Below, piece after piece: positions 37,670 to 51,534 of a stretch of 64,000 nt of DNA. The notes beneath the pieces were generated by a model. The model saw only the letters and a program-made list of their open reading frames with translations, ran no database searches and was not told where the DNA came from. The translations under genes were made by a program, and so were the position numbers. Source of the DNA: Salpingoeca rosetta (lineage: Eukaryota; Protista; Choanoflagellata); contig JAWQFM010000001.1 of assembly GCA_033442325.1 (NCBI GenBank), forward strand, positions 1,389,535 through 1,453,534, read 5' to 3'. The first letter of the stretch is position 1. Each line of letters opens with the position of its first letter.

Positions 37670-39835
37670 ATGCCGCGTTCGAAGCACACGGATGCCGACG
37701 GCGGCGCCCGCGCAGGTCACGGCCATGTGCGCGTTGCATGGCGCATCCTGGCCGTGTGCGCCGTGGCCTTTTGCATCAACTGCCAGCCATCCGAACCGTA
37801 CCTCACCCAGTATCTGCAAGAGGTGAAGAACCTGACCGAATCGCAGCTGGACACCATCGTGTGGCCCTCCGAGCTGTACGCCAACCTGGCCTTCATGCTT
37901 CCTGTCGGCTTTGCTGCCGAGCAGATTGGCTACGTGCCCATTGTCTTCTTCGGCCTGCTGTGCCGCGAGGCCACCCGCGTCGTGCTCATCTTCAGCAGGT
38001 CCCTGGAAATGATGGTGGTCACGCAGATCACCTACGCCATCGCCAGCGTCGCCAACTCGGTGCTCCTCAGCTACATGTACCTCGTCGTGCCGACGTCCAG
38101 CTTCCTGCTGGGCTCACTCCTCTTCAAGGCCAGCTACACCGGCGGCAACATGGTCGGCTCCGCGCTTGGCCAGCTCCTCTACGACTATGCCGGTGTCAGT
38201 CTCAAGGGCCTCTTCTATGCATCGTGGGTCTTCACCAGTATTGGCTTCCTCACCTTCAGCTTTGCGCGGCCAAGCAAGCTTCCGGCAACCGACGATGAGG
38301 ATGCTAACAGCGGCGGCAGCAACACTGATGACGGTGGTGGTCGCAGTGAAGATGCGATCGAATACGAAGACCATCCCAGCTCAGCAACAACCGGCACCCG
38401 ACAACACGGCTCGTCGCCGTCGTCACGGCAACAGCACCACCACCAGCAATCCTTGCAGTTTCGCTCTGATAACGACAACAACAGCAGCCTCAACAACAAC
38501 AGCAGCGACGGAGGTGGTTCTGCTGGCCTTGGTGTTGATCGTGATGTCGATGTTGAAGCTTACGGCGGCAGGTACGCCAGCCACGACCACGACCACGACT
38601 ACGACGACGACCACCACCACGGCCATCGCACGGCCGATGATGATTGGGCCTGGGACGATGACGAGGGCGACGATCGCTGCGGCCTTGGTGACGACCCGCG
38701 TGCCCCTGCTGCTGCTTTTCGCGGTGGTGGTGGCGGTGGACGCGCTCACGGGGTTGGTGTTGGCGGGGATAGTGATGGCCGTAATAACGGCCGTAGTGAT
38801 GCCAGCGGCGGTGGCGTCGGCGGTGGTGGTGGTGGTGGTGGTGGTGGTGGTGGTGGTGACGAGCGGTGGCAGCACAGCGGCGCGCCAGCGATGATCGTTG
38901 ATTTTCGCGGCACGGACCCTGTCAAGCTGCAGCGCAGCGAGCGAGCGCGGGCGGGCTGGGATGACGATGAGCACGCGCAGGATGAGAAAGCACCTCTGCT
39001 TCAGACGGCATCACCAGCACTATCGTCGTCGTCATCACCACGACCGCTGTCGTCACAGCAACACGGCCATTCGCAGCGCCACGATTGCACACGTGCGCCA
39101 GAGCAGGTGCGAGTGCGTCGACGCGACACACAGCCAGCCGGTCGTGGTTGGCTCGCTATTGCCAGGCATAAGGCGGTGCAGTACGCTAGCCTGTACAACC
39201 ACAGCCTGGTGCTGCTGTGGTCTCTGTGGTGGGTGTTTGCATATGGCAGCAACGTCCTGTTTGGCAACTACTACCAGACGCTGCTGTACAACCACTACAC
39301 GAACGTGCCATTTGGGTGGATTGAGTGCGGCATCGAGGTTGGTGGCACGGCAGGCAGCCTGGTTCAGATTGGCGTTGCGCATCGCTATGTCAACAGTCGC
39401 GTGTCTCCGCTCGTGGCCGCTGTTTGCCTGGCCGCTGTCTCCGCGCTGGCACAGATCATCTGGGCCGACCTTCCGGTCACGGCTGCGGTGTACTGCCTCT
39501 TCTTTGCCGTCTTTGAGGGTACGCTTGGCCTGGCCTCTGCTGGCATTGCCGCGCACCTGAGCGAGCGCCGGTTTGCGCTGGTGTTCACCACCAACAGCTT
39601 CATCTCCCTTGCCCTCATGGCGGCCGTGTCTGCGATTGCCTCTGCCCTCAACGCAGACACAGTGGCCTACTTCCGCATCATCATGGGCATGACGGCGCTT
39701 GGGCTTGTTGTCATCACGCTCTACCTCGCCATCTCGCGGTGTCTGCGCCGTCGCCGCCGCGCCCGCCAGCGCCGCGTGTATGGATACAGACACGTGCGTC
39801 GGGCACACGACGAGCAGCAAGCGCTCATCAACTAA
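37670..39835 (+). CDS. SLC19 family (reduced folate/thiamine) transporter, intronless, with an expanded central loop
   Basis: Family-type N-terminus CQPSEPYLTQYL..KNLT...VWP...Y, QIGYVPIV, QITYAIA, LLWSLWWVFA...NYYQTL and FALVFTTNSFISL; about 12 hydrophobic segments. Confidence 0.9.
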   Translation: MPRSKHTDADGGARAGHGHVRVAWRILAVCAVAFCINCQPSEPYLTQYLQEVKNLTESQLDTIVWPSELYANLAFMLPVGFAAEQIGYVPIVFFGLLCREATRVVLIFSRSLEMMVVTQITYAIASVANSVLLSYMYLVVPTSSFLLGSLLFKASYTGGNMVGSALGQLLYDYAGVSLKGLFYASWVFTSIGFLTFSFARPSKLPATDDEDANSGGSNTDDGGGRSEDAIEYEDHPSSATTGTRQHGSSPSSRQQHHHQQSLQFRSDNDNNSSLNNNSSDGGGSAGLGVDRDVDVEAYGGRYASHDHDHDYDDDHHHGHRTADDDWAWDDDEGDDRCGLGDDPRAPAAAFRGGGGGGRAHGVGVGGDSDGRNNGRSDASGGGVGGGGGGGGGGGGGDERWQHSGAPAMIVDFRGTDPVKLQRSERARAGWDDDEHAQDEKAPLLQTASPALSSSSSPRPLSSQQHGHSQRHDCTRAPEQVRVRRRDTQPAGRGWLAIARHKAVQYASLYNHSLVLLWSLWWVFAYGSNVLFGNYYQTLLYNHYTNVPFGWIECGIEVGGTAGSLVQIGVAHRYVNSRVSPLVAAVCLAAVSALAQIIWADLPVTAAVYCLFFAVFEGTLGLASAGIAAHLSERRFALVFTTNSFISLALMAAVSAIASALNADTVAYFRIIMGMTALGLVVITLYLAISRCLRRRRRARQRRVYGYRHVRRAHDEQQALIN

Positions 39836-39880
39836 CCGCCATGTTGTCGGTGTGATTGCGTATGTGTTTGTGTGTGTGTA

Positions 39881-39918
<38 letters not shown>

Positions 39919-40615
39919 TGTCTCTATTTGTGTCTTTGTCTGTGTGTGTGTGTGTTGGTGGTTAAACCTACCTGTGTGTGTTGGTGTAGCTGAGTCTGCT
40001 TGTTGTGTGTGTGTGTGTGTGTGTGTGCCCGAGTATCTGTGTGTCGCTTTCTCTGTGAATGCGAGTGTGACCGTTGCGCGCTTCCTTGCGTCTGCACTTT
40101 GCTTCCGTTCTTGTGCGTTACACGCGGGCTATCGTTATCATGCCCACCCATTAGACTTGTCTGTAGTCGTAGTTTACAAGTCGTGATATGCAATGCATTA
40201 AACAGAGCAGCCAGCCGATCAATTTGGTAGTGTGCAACATGGGGTCATATAAAGAAGCCGGGGGAACGCAATCTTGAGTGTGGGCCACCAATGTGAAGTG
40301 ACATGTGGTGTGGACAAGTGATGGGGTGTGACAGCGAAGCGATATGGCCGTCGTGTGATGTCATGTCATGTCATGTCATGATGCGAGATAACAAACAACG
40401 AATCAAAAGGACGAACAAAGGTAATGATGAACCAGCATGTCAGAAGTTGAGTCTAAACCGGCCAGGGCAAAGCAAGCGGTTGATGAGTGTGACAAAGGCG
40501 AGGGAGTTGCAGGAAGTGCGCACAGACGCCGCGCGACAATTGAGTGCAGGGCCACAACATGCCGCGTGCTTGTGTGGTGGTTGGTTTGATGCTTGGCCCC
40601 TGCGATTGCGTTGGC

Positions 40616-41969
<1,354 letters not shown>

Positions 41970-42477
41970 AATGTTGTCGTTGGCAGTTTGGTGGATTATG
42001 GGATTGCGACAGCAAGAAAACCCGAAATGGCAACGTGTTGCCATTCTGTTGTGTCTCTGGTGGCTGGCTGGCCTGCATGTTTGACCCTGATACACCAACC
42101 TGTCGTTGTAACACACGGAAAACCAAGCAAGCGTGTTACCGAATGGCTAAATGATGGGTCTCAGCCTGTCCTGGAGTCTGGAGTGTCCTCAGTTTATTCC
42201 CTTTCCTGTGTTTCCGAGCCTGTTGGCTTTTAGGCTGCCCTTACAGAGAGTGCCATGGATGGCTATTCACAAGCGACAACCCACCAACCAACCCAATGTA
42301 CGTGTTAAACCACAGGCCTCTTGCGCACACAAGCAACACAGCACACAAGTAAGTAACACACAAGCAACACATGCACAAACCTGCACACGCAACGCACACA
42401 CACGTACACAAAGCACGCAAGCAAAGAAGCAACACACACACATGCACACACGCGCGCGCGCCCTCTCCCTCCTCGTG

Positions 42478-44589
42478 CTATCGTGGGCCGCCGTCGTCAT
42501 GATTGGTATCATCGTTGCTGTTGGTGTTGTCGTTGTGGTTGTTGCTGTCTTCGGGGTCGTTGTTCGGTTCTTCGGGTGGCTGGATCTCGATGCGGAGCTT
42601 GGCGGCTTCGAGCCTGTGCCAGTGATAGTCGACAAAGTCACGCGAGACACGCAGCACGCCGTGGTCGTCCTTGGCGGCTGCGCGCTTCATGATGCAGGTC
42701 TTCTCGTGCTTGCGACGATTGCTGCTGTTGGTGAACCGCTTGCCGCAGAGGCCGCACTGGTATGGCTTGTCTCCGTTGTGGCTGCGTAAGTGTCTCTGGA
42801 GGTTGCTGTTGGTGCCAAACGTCCTCTTGCACACACGACACACGTGTGGTCGCACACCTTGCTGCGTGCGCACCCTGCCCGCCGCCGCTGGCGCGCCCTC
42901 GCCTCCCCCACGACGGCCAGGTGGCGCGCGGGTGGGTGTGCATCGACGAGTGCAGGCTGGGTTGTACGGCTCTGAGTCGCTGCTGCGTCGAGCCGCCTTC
43001 GCTCCCCTCCCTGTTGGTGCGGCTGTTGTGGCTGGTGCAGGCGAAGTGCCTCGCTTGTCGGTTGCCAGTTGTGCCAGCGGTGACGAGGACCAAGACGCGT
43101 CCAGTGCTTGTGCCTCCGCGGCTCGCATATCGTGACCATCTCCGTGGTCGGCAGAAGCAAGAGTGACGTCGGATGTCGTGATGGAGGCGGCGTCGGTGTC
43201 CGTGACGCTCCCGGCCGAGGCTGGTGCCACAGGCGATCGTGGTTCTTCAGGAGAGCCGAGCCTGTGTTCCACTACGCCCGGTGACAGCTCAAACGAACCC
43301 GAAGCCACAGAGCCCTGGTGGCGGACAATTGTAGTTGTACCGCACACGAGCGACACTGATGACGATGCATCACGATCGCGAGCAGATCGAGTCGTCAGTG
43401 TCGCTGGCATCGCATCAGCAACCTCACTCGCGCCAGGCACGATTACGGTCTTCTCCACCCCCCTCCCTTCCCCTCCAACCCCGCCTCTCCTGGCCCCCGC
43501 GCCAACCTCCAAGCGCGGCTGTTGCTGTTGCTGTCGTGGTTGTGCGTGTTCCTGCCGCAGCTGCACTTGTAGCTCTGGCGACGACGGCGCCTTGCCCGCG
43601 AGAGCGCGCACAATATCAGCCCATCGTGGCGTGACATGCGAATTGCTGTGGGTGGACGCGCCTCTTGCTAGCGACCATGCTCGGGATGTTTCGTGTGTAT
43701 GGTGTTGTTGCTGATGCGATCTAGGTGTTGATGACTGCACATGCAACGTGCAGTCCATGCGGCTGCCGCCCTTGAGGTCGTCTTCGCGTACAGCCGTCGC
43801 CTCCATCATCCAACTGTCGTCACCCTTGGCATTGGTAGGAGCATGACGAGAGCGAGCCCCGCTCGCGTCCAATAAGCTGCCATCGCCTTGTCGTTGTGCA
43901 ACTTGGTCTTGGGCGCCGAAGTTCTCGGTGGCCATATTGGCACGCCGAGTGCCTTGCTGCGCGTCCTTCGCTAAAGTGATCCTGTTGTTGTCTATGGGCT
44001 GGACTGGGCTGTCGAGAAGGGAAGATTCGTGCTCATGTCGCATCAGACAGTCGAAGACGGAGCTTAGGGAGCTCGTGCTGGAGTTGCGGGGCAGGTGCGG
44101 TTGTTCGCCACTCAAAGTTAGTGCGGCTTTTGCTTCAGGCGTGGCGGCAACGTAAAGTGGAGTCAGGCCGCGACGGTCTGGCATGTCGGTGTGCGCGTGA
44201 TGTTGTATGAGCGTGTGGATGAGGTCCACAGCCCCAATCTCCGCAGCCGCATGTAGTGGCCCTGCACCGTCTGTCGTGGGTGCGTTCACCAAACACGGCG
44301 CTGCGTGTACGAGCCAGGCGACGACTCGGGTTTGCCTCTGGGCCACGGCAAGGTGCAGTGCCGTGGCACCGTGCCTGGGTTCTCGCTCGTCCACAGCTGC
44401 GTGACCCTCCGCGACGAGCCACCGTGCGATATGCAGATGCCCTGCAGCGCATGCCGCCAGAAACGGCGTCAACCCCGACGCGCCGCGTGCGCGCAATGCA
44501 GTGGGATCCAAGGCCGCCACCGCCTTGAACGCGTCGAGGTCGCCGTGCACCACCGCCCGGTGCGCAAACGCATACACGCCGGAGTCCAT
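42478..44589 (-). CDS. Ankyrin-repeat + zinc-finger protein, intronless, 703 aa
   Basis: N-terminal ankyrin repeats (GLTPFLAACAAGH, GATALHLAV, GAGPLHAAAEIG, GLTPLYVA); C-terminal CRVCKRTFGTNSNLQRHLRSH-NGDKPY-QCGLCGKRFTNSSNRRKHEKTC. Confidence 0.88.
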   Translation of the reverse strand: MDSGVYAFAHRAVVHGDLDAFKAVAALDPTALRARGASGLTPFLAACAAGHLHIARWLVAEGHAAVDEREPRHGATALHLAVAQRQTRVVAWLVHAAPCLVNAPTTDGAGPLHAAAEIGAVDLIHTLIQHHAHTDMPDRRGLTPLYVAATPEAKAALTLSGEQPHLPRNSSTSSLSSVFDCLMRHEHESSLLDSPVQPIDNNRITLAKDAQQGTRRANMATENFGAQDQVAQRQGDGSLLDASGARSRHAPTNAKGDDSWMMEATAVREDDLKGGSRMDCTLHVQSSTPRSHQQQHHTHETSRAWSLARGASTHSNSHVTPRWADIVRALAGKAPSSPELQVQLRQEHAQPRQQQQQPRLEVGAGARRGGVGGEGRGVEKTVIVPGASEVADAMPATLTTRSARDRDASSSVSLVCGTTTIVRHQGSVASGSFELSPGVVEHRLGSPEEPRSPVAPASAGSVTDTDAASITTSDVTLASADHGDGHDMRAAEAQALDASWSSSPLAQLATDKRGTSPAPATTAAPTGRGAKAARRSSDSEPYNPACTRRCTPTRAPPGRRGGGEGAPAAAGRVRTQQGVRPHVCRVCKRTFGTNSNLQRHLRSHNGDKPYQCGLCGKRFTNSSNRRKHEKTCIMKRAAAKDDHGVLRVSRDFVDYHWHRLEAAKLRIEIQPPEEPNNDPEDSNNHNDNTNSNDDTNHDDGGPR

Positions 44590-45528
44590 GGCGTCGTCTC
44601 TGCGTGGATGGAGAGGTTGACAAAGCCGTCAAGAGGGTGGGGGAGAAGTAAGAATTGGCGACGCAGCAGCACGACGAGCCACCTGAGACACAAGGAAGCA
44701 ACGGGCGCGAGGAAGCCGTTTGGGGGGGGGGGGCCAAGGTGATTGCAATGCTTGAGACGGTCGGAGGACAGATGAAATCCACATGCACAAGCATAAACGT
44801 AGACACAGAAGACGTCTAAGTCTTTTAAGTGTGGGCCTGTGTGTGTGCTTGAGAGGGGCGGGGCGGTGCACATCAGCGCATGAACACGAAACACAACGGC
44901 ACAAGGGCACAAACGCGCAATTTTCAGGGCTCGGTACACGAGGTACGACGACCCGAGAGATCTCGAGGTTGAAGGCCTGCGGCACAGATGTATGGAATCT
45001 CACGGGGGATACTGGAGTATCTCCTCACGTGTATGGAAAGATTGGGGGAGAAAAGAAGGTCCGAAACTGCCAAGGCCAGACACGCACGCAGCAACTTTAG
45101 TCAGCCAACAAGGCATTTAAGGCCAGCTGAGCGAAGGGGGGCGTGCTGCGTGCGAACATCCTTCCTGATGCACATGATGCTTGAGCGAGGCAATTTCCTA
45201 TCGGTGGAAACAAAGGATTGCGCGAGGGCGACGGAACACCACGCTATTAAGTGCCCTGAAATGCCGGGATGAGCTAAAGTTCTTTGTCTGTCCGTGTTCG
45301 TTCGGCACGATTTGAAGCAACAAGAACTGCGTTTTCAAAAAGCGCGGCCAATGAACAACAACAACAAACAGGCAGCGATCGTGCGCACAGCAAGCAAGAA
45401 GCAAGCAACACACACAGACACACACAGACACACACAGACACACACACACACATGCACAGACACACACACACAGACACACAGACACACACACACAGACACA
45501 CAGACACACACAGACACACACAGACACC

Positions 45529-47186
45529 ATGTCGGGGCAACAGCGAGGAGGCAGGCTTCAGGAGGAGCTGGCTGCATTTCGAGCACGGTGGCTCAGCGAG
45601 CTGACACTGCCGTCTTCCCTCACACAGCAGCAGACACAAGGAGAACAAGGACCACAACAACAACAACAGCAACAACCAGGAGTGGCAAACGATGCAGCCG
45701 CATCCTTACCCAGCACCAGCAGCAGGACCACAACAACAGCCACCAGACACAGCGATGATGCGTCTGGTGACGCTCACCCCTTACTGCAGACAATCAGCAT
45801 CTGGGCTGGGGAGGACACCACAGCTCCCCACCAGGCGTCACACAGGCGGTTTGGCATTGAGGATGAATCTGGGCGGCACACACACGCACAGCCACAAGAA
45901 CCGGCACCCCTCCTGGTCATCCCGCTCAGGCCACAGCGGCGAGAAGCCGGCAAGAGCCACACCCGTGGCAGCGACGACAGCAGCGACGGGGATGACGATG
46001 ACGCCCTGTTTGATGCAGCGTTGGACGCTGCCCTCGCACGAAAGCGCCCCAAGACCTCAACCCCACAGCAAGCGGTACACGCAGCCGCGCAAACTGCAGC
46101 AGGACCAACAGCAGTAACAGCAGCAACAACAGCAACAACAGCAGTGGCAGGGAGAGCAACAGGCGCAACGTCGAAGCGAGCGGACATTTTTTCCAAGGCA
46201 TGGACCTCGCCCTTCGCAGCCGCACTCCGACAGCGTCGCAACGAAAAGCAAACATCAGGGCAACCCCACGGTCAGGCACAGCCAGAGAGGCACGTCGATG
46301 AGAAGCGCAAGTCGCACGAAGAAGCCACCACACCACCACACCACCCCCACGCCACCACCACCATCACCACCACCACGACGCCACATGGCACCACACCAAC
46401 CATAGACACGCCAACCCCACAACCACAACCACAACCACAGCTGCAGCAGCAGCAGCAGCTGCAGCAGCAGCAGCAGCAACAGCAAGTACAGCGTCGGCAG
46501 CAGGCACCACGTCCCCAGAACGAGTACGTGCGCATGCTCATCGATGACATCAACGAAGACATCACAGAGCCGCTCTTTGACGAGCTGTTGCCCCTGGAAG
46601 TGGCAGAGCTGGTGTTTCTCTATCTCGACCTGACCTCGCTTGGTCGGTGCGCCTGCGTCAGCCGAGCGTGGCGGGAGCTCGCCGACTCAAACCGCGTGTG
46701 GTATGCCTATGCGCGGAGGCACGGCATCACGGCCGCCCGCCTGTCTTCGCAGCGCGACTGGAAGGCGTTTGTGCGCCGCCGCATCTTGCAGGAGCGCGAG
46801 CAGCGCCGGCGGTGGATGGAGCTGCAGGCCGGGTTCATCTGCCTCAAGGACACGAGCACGTTCGACCAGGTCACGGCTGTGTCGTACACGTCGCGCGGGG
46901 TGGCTGTCGGATACCAGGACGGGCGGGTGCGTTTCTTTGCACGCGAGGATCTCATGCGTACGCGTATGGTCGACCCGTGTGCCCGCGCCAGCCGCATCAA
47001 CTGCATCGTGCACACAGAGGACATGATGTTGTGCGGAACACAATGCGGGAAGGTCGTTGGCTGGGACCACGGCTTTGGGCAGGTATTCTGCCTGCAGCAC
47101 CGAGATCCCATCAACCGCGTCACCGTCTGCCAGCACGCCTCCCACCCACGCGCGCTGGCGGCCTCCAACACCACACTCCTCGCGGC

Positions 47187-47227
<41 letters not shown>

Positions 47228-48384
47228 CAACAGCAACATCAACAGCAGCAGCAACAGCAACAGCAACAGCAGCACAAGCATTGCCAGCAGCAGTAGGAAG
47301 AGCAGCCACGGCAACAGGCGGTTGGAGACGTGGCCCAGTCCGTAACATGGTATCCCGCAACGCACGCCAGCCACAACCATTACAACAGCAGCAACACCAC
47401 CAGCAACAACAACTACAAGGCAGCAGCAGCAACACGGTTGGCAGTGGCCGTGATGAAGGCGGTCATGGATGGTGCTTCTCGCAAGCGAAGCGTGAGTTTG
47501 ATGCGAAGATCACACACGTTGACGAACTGAGCGCTGGCACCGACATCGCTGCCGTCATGACGACCGCCACACTCGACATCATCAACACGGAGCGCATGAG
47601 TCTCGTGCACAGCATCCACGCCGCACCCCCGCCGGGTGTCACGGGGGCAAAGTGCACATCACTGCACTGCTCTGGTGCGCACCTTGGGTATCTCACGTCG
47701 GACCACGGCATGTGGACGGCGCGGCTGGTGGATGTCTCCTCTGGCGGCATCGTGTGCACGTACACCGATTTCAGACACGCGCACAGATCCCTGCAGCTTG
47801 TGTCTGCTGCAACCAACAGCACGGCCACGGCCACCACCACACCGGTCTCGCCGGCACTTGAGCTGGCGCTTGCGGGGACGGCTGGCGTGAAGTTCTACGA
47901 CGTGCGCGCCGAGAATGTGTCGCAACACATCCGCACGCCCTCCTACCTGTGTCGCGATGTGCGTGTTGACGACTGGCGCGTGGTTGTGTCTGGGCGGTTC
48001 ACGGGCCCAACGGGGCGCCAGCCGCCGTTCAGCATTGCACTGTACGATCGGCGAATGGGGAAGCAGCTCTGGTTCGTGCGTCAGCGCGTGCCTGTGCGCT
48101 TTCTTGAGATGGATAAGGACACGATTGTGTTTGGTTCCAACCGGCACGTGGATCCGTGTGCCTCCAGTGCGCCATCCTTCATCCCGCACCGCCCGCGCCG
48201 ACCGCTGCTGCGCGACCTGGATTCCATGTCCTGTCTAAACGTGCTTGATTTTGCGGCGCCGCTGTCCTCTCTCACAGATGAGGAGTGTCCGTTCAGCAGC
48301 AAGTACGAGGACATTCACGGCTACAGCTTCAACATTGCCCTCGAAACTCCATTCGACGACGTCGAGCCATACAGACTGGGCTGA
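45529..48384 (+). CDS. F-box/WD40 protein, FBXW8-like, intronless, 951 aa
   Basis: F-box LPLEVAELVFLYLDLTSLGRCACVSRAWRELADSNRVW. FBXW8-like blocks: LAAFRARWLSEL, LIDDINE..PLFD, VRVDDWRVVVSG, YDRRMGKQLW and FNIALETPFDDV. Confidence 0.85.
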
Positions 48385-48393
48385 CGCTGCACT

Positions 48394-48500
<107 letters not shown>

Positions 48501-48873
48501 GTGTGTGGGTCGGCGATTTGATGCATTGCGTTAGTGTTTTGCGGTGCGGTTGTGGCGGGGCTCGACGGTCATTGTGTAATATGTACGCATGAAAAGAATC
48601 CACTTCTTGACTTGAAACAACTACAGCGCCCATCTTTGAGTTTGAGATGACGATGATGAAAGTAAACGAACAAATGCAAGCACTCACAAGGAAACAACAC
48701 GAAAACGAAACAAAAAGCACACGGGGACAACTGGCAATGAGGAGTTCAGGCAATGAGGAGAAGCACAAGCACGTCGAACAGACAAACAGACAAACAGACA
48801 GACATACACACACACAGAGGCCGGGGCACGACAACCACACCAATCACAAGTGGGGAGCGTAGCGTCGACGCAA

Positions 48874-49162
48874 CTACGATGTTGTCTCGTGGGACTGGTT
48901 GTGGTCTGCCACCTCGTCGTCCAGGGCGCTGTCGAGGGCAAGCCTGGCCAGGTACTCCTCCCGTTTCACAGCAAGCGTCACAGCTGCATGTGGCGGAGGG
49001 ATTGGGGGAGGGGGGGGGGGTGGGCAGGAGTCAAGCGATGGTGAGAGCAAGGCAGACGCAGGTGCACACGCAGACACAGACAGAGACAGACAAAGAGACA
49101 GACAGACAAAGAGACACAGACACAGGCACACACAGGCACACACAGACACGCACAGACACACA

Positions 49163-49201
<39 letters not shown>

Positions 49202-50263
49202 ACACACACACACACAGACCTTGAGGGACGTCGGGGATGAGCCACTGGAAGAGGAACTTGCAGAGGAAGACAATGTGCTCAAAGATGATGAGGAAGCCCA
49301 GGCGAGCAGCAATGACCTCGTAGTAGAACTGGCCGCGTGTGCCGTCTGCCTCGCGAAGACCAAAGTAGCTGCAGGTGGTCGTGGTGGCAGTCAAGCGCGA
49401 GTGAGCACGCGACAGCGCATCGAGACAAGTTCATGACGAACACACACAAGGGTTGCAAGAACAAGTACACACATACGCAAACGCAAATGCAAACGCAATC
49501 GCAGACACAATGCATGCGGACAGACTGATGCTCACAAAACAACAGCCAACAACAATCAACAACCAAGAACAGCCATCAGCAATGAACAACAATCAATCAA
49601 CGATTAACGACAGCAGAGCAAAGGCGCGGGAGGACGCACTGGCAGTTTGCAAAGTCTGGATCATCTGCGGGGTCGACGGGCGAGAGCGGATAGATGGCAT
49701 CAATGTACCCGTGCAGCCTGATTCGAGTTGGGGATGAAGGAAGGGCGGGAGACGGAGGGACACGAGAGGGGTGAAGAAGATGAGTGGCCAACGACAGTGT
49801 TCGTGGCAATAAATGGCAAGGGAGTACACACAGAAGCAAAGCGGAGTGTGTGCGGCTGGAACATCCGATCAGGAAAGGGAACACCCACACATTCATGTGC
49901 AAGCATGAGCGATGACACAACTGCATGAGATCTCTCACGTTCCGTCGTGTGCGTAGCGCCAGACTTCGCGGGGAATGAAGTTGCTGCTGAATGCAATGAC
50001 GAGGCCGTTGGTCAGCACGCTGAAGTAGCTGATGAACGTCATCACCTCGTCCCTGAACGCGAACAGCACAGTGACATCCGGGGAAAGGAGGGTTGCGTGC
50101 GTTGGTGTGGTGCGGGCCGTGGCGGTGTCGCATGCAGAGTGAGCGCGGAATCACAGACAATGCATTGAGACAAACACGAGCAAGTGCGGTCACAAAGTAA
50201 TGCAATAGTGAGGACGTACACAGACGTGTGAGTAGACACCCACACCCACACCCACACCCACAC

Positions 50264-50297
<34 letters not shown>

Positions 50298-51470
50298 AAG
50301 GACGTGAGGGCGAACCAGATGCCGATGTTGGCGGCGCGCTGGGCTGGCGGGCGACGGTAGACGGTGAGGAGCTTGTGCGCATCAATGCGAATCTCCAGGA
50401 TGTTGTTCAGCAGCGCAAAGAACGGCGCAAGGGAGAAGGCTGACACAAACAGGGACAGGAAGCCAAACTGGTTTGGGGGAGGGGCGCAAGGGGCAAGGGA
50501 CAGAATGGGAATATGGACAGAGGCGCAAGATTGCATTGGGAGCGCGGGCGTGAGTTTGGCTGAGGGGCATGGATGGAGCGAGGTACATCAACCTTGCAGA
50601 AAGCAGAACAGAAAGCACAGAAGCGTGATGTATAAAACCACATACACACACAGGCACACACAGGCAGACACACACACACACACACACACGCAGAGGTTCC
50701 ACAGAGCAACGTTTACCTGCAGGATCATCTCGAGGTACTCTGGGAACATGCCGTACTGGGGGAAGGGCGCCAGGTTGAGGTACTGTCATCACACGGAAGC
50801 ACATGGGCGAGCACAGGCGGGTTAGGTTTGCTATGGGTGGCGGCGAGATTGTACAAGCAACAACAACAACAACAACAACAACAACAACTTAAACAACAAC
50901 AACAACAACTTAAACAACAACAAAACAACTTAAACAACAACAACAACAACTTAAACAATGTCTCACCTCGTTTTCCCACGGGAGGAGGCGACGGGCCTTT
51001 TCCTTGAGCTCTTTCGGCGCCATGATGTTGCGCACTTTGCGCATGACAGCTGGCAGCAGCATCTGTGCAGCGCACACGCACACACAGGAATGGTTGAGCA
51101 GAATGTTGAGTGAGTGAGTGAGTGAGTGAGAGTGAGTTTGTGGGTGAATGTGATGCGTGTGCGCATACTCATGAGGATGAGAACACTGATGGCAGTGATA
51201 GTGTTGACACAGAGGAGCAGCAAGTCCAAACGAGGCGCACAGCGTGCAGTCCAGGAGTGAATCAGGCGCTGTTTCGTGCGCATGTGCGACGGAACGAACC
51301 TCGACGATGTTGTTGATGATTTGGCGACCGACCATGATGATAGCGAGCTGGATGGTCAGCTCAAGCATGCATCCATACGGCGGGCTGAATGCGCCACACA
51401 CATGCATGGGAGACGACAAAGCAATGAGACAGCATGCAGCGTAAGGCCCCCAAGGGTACCAAGCTCCATG

Positions 51471-51534
<64 letters not shown>

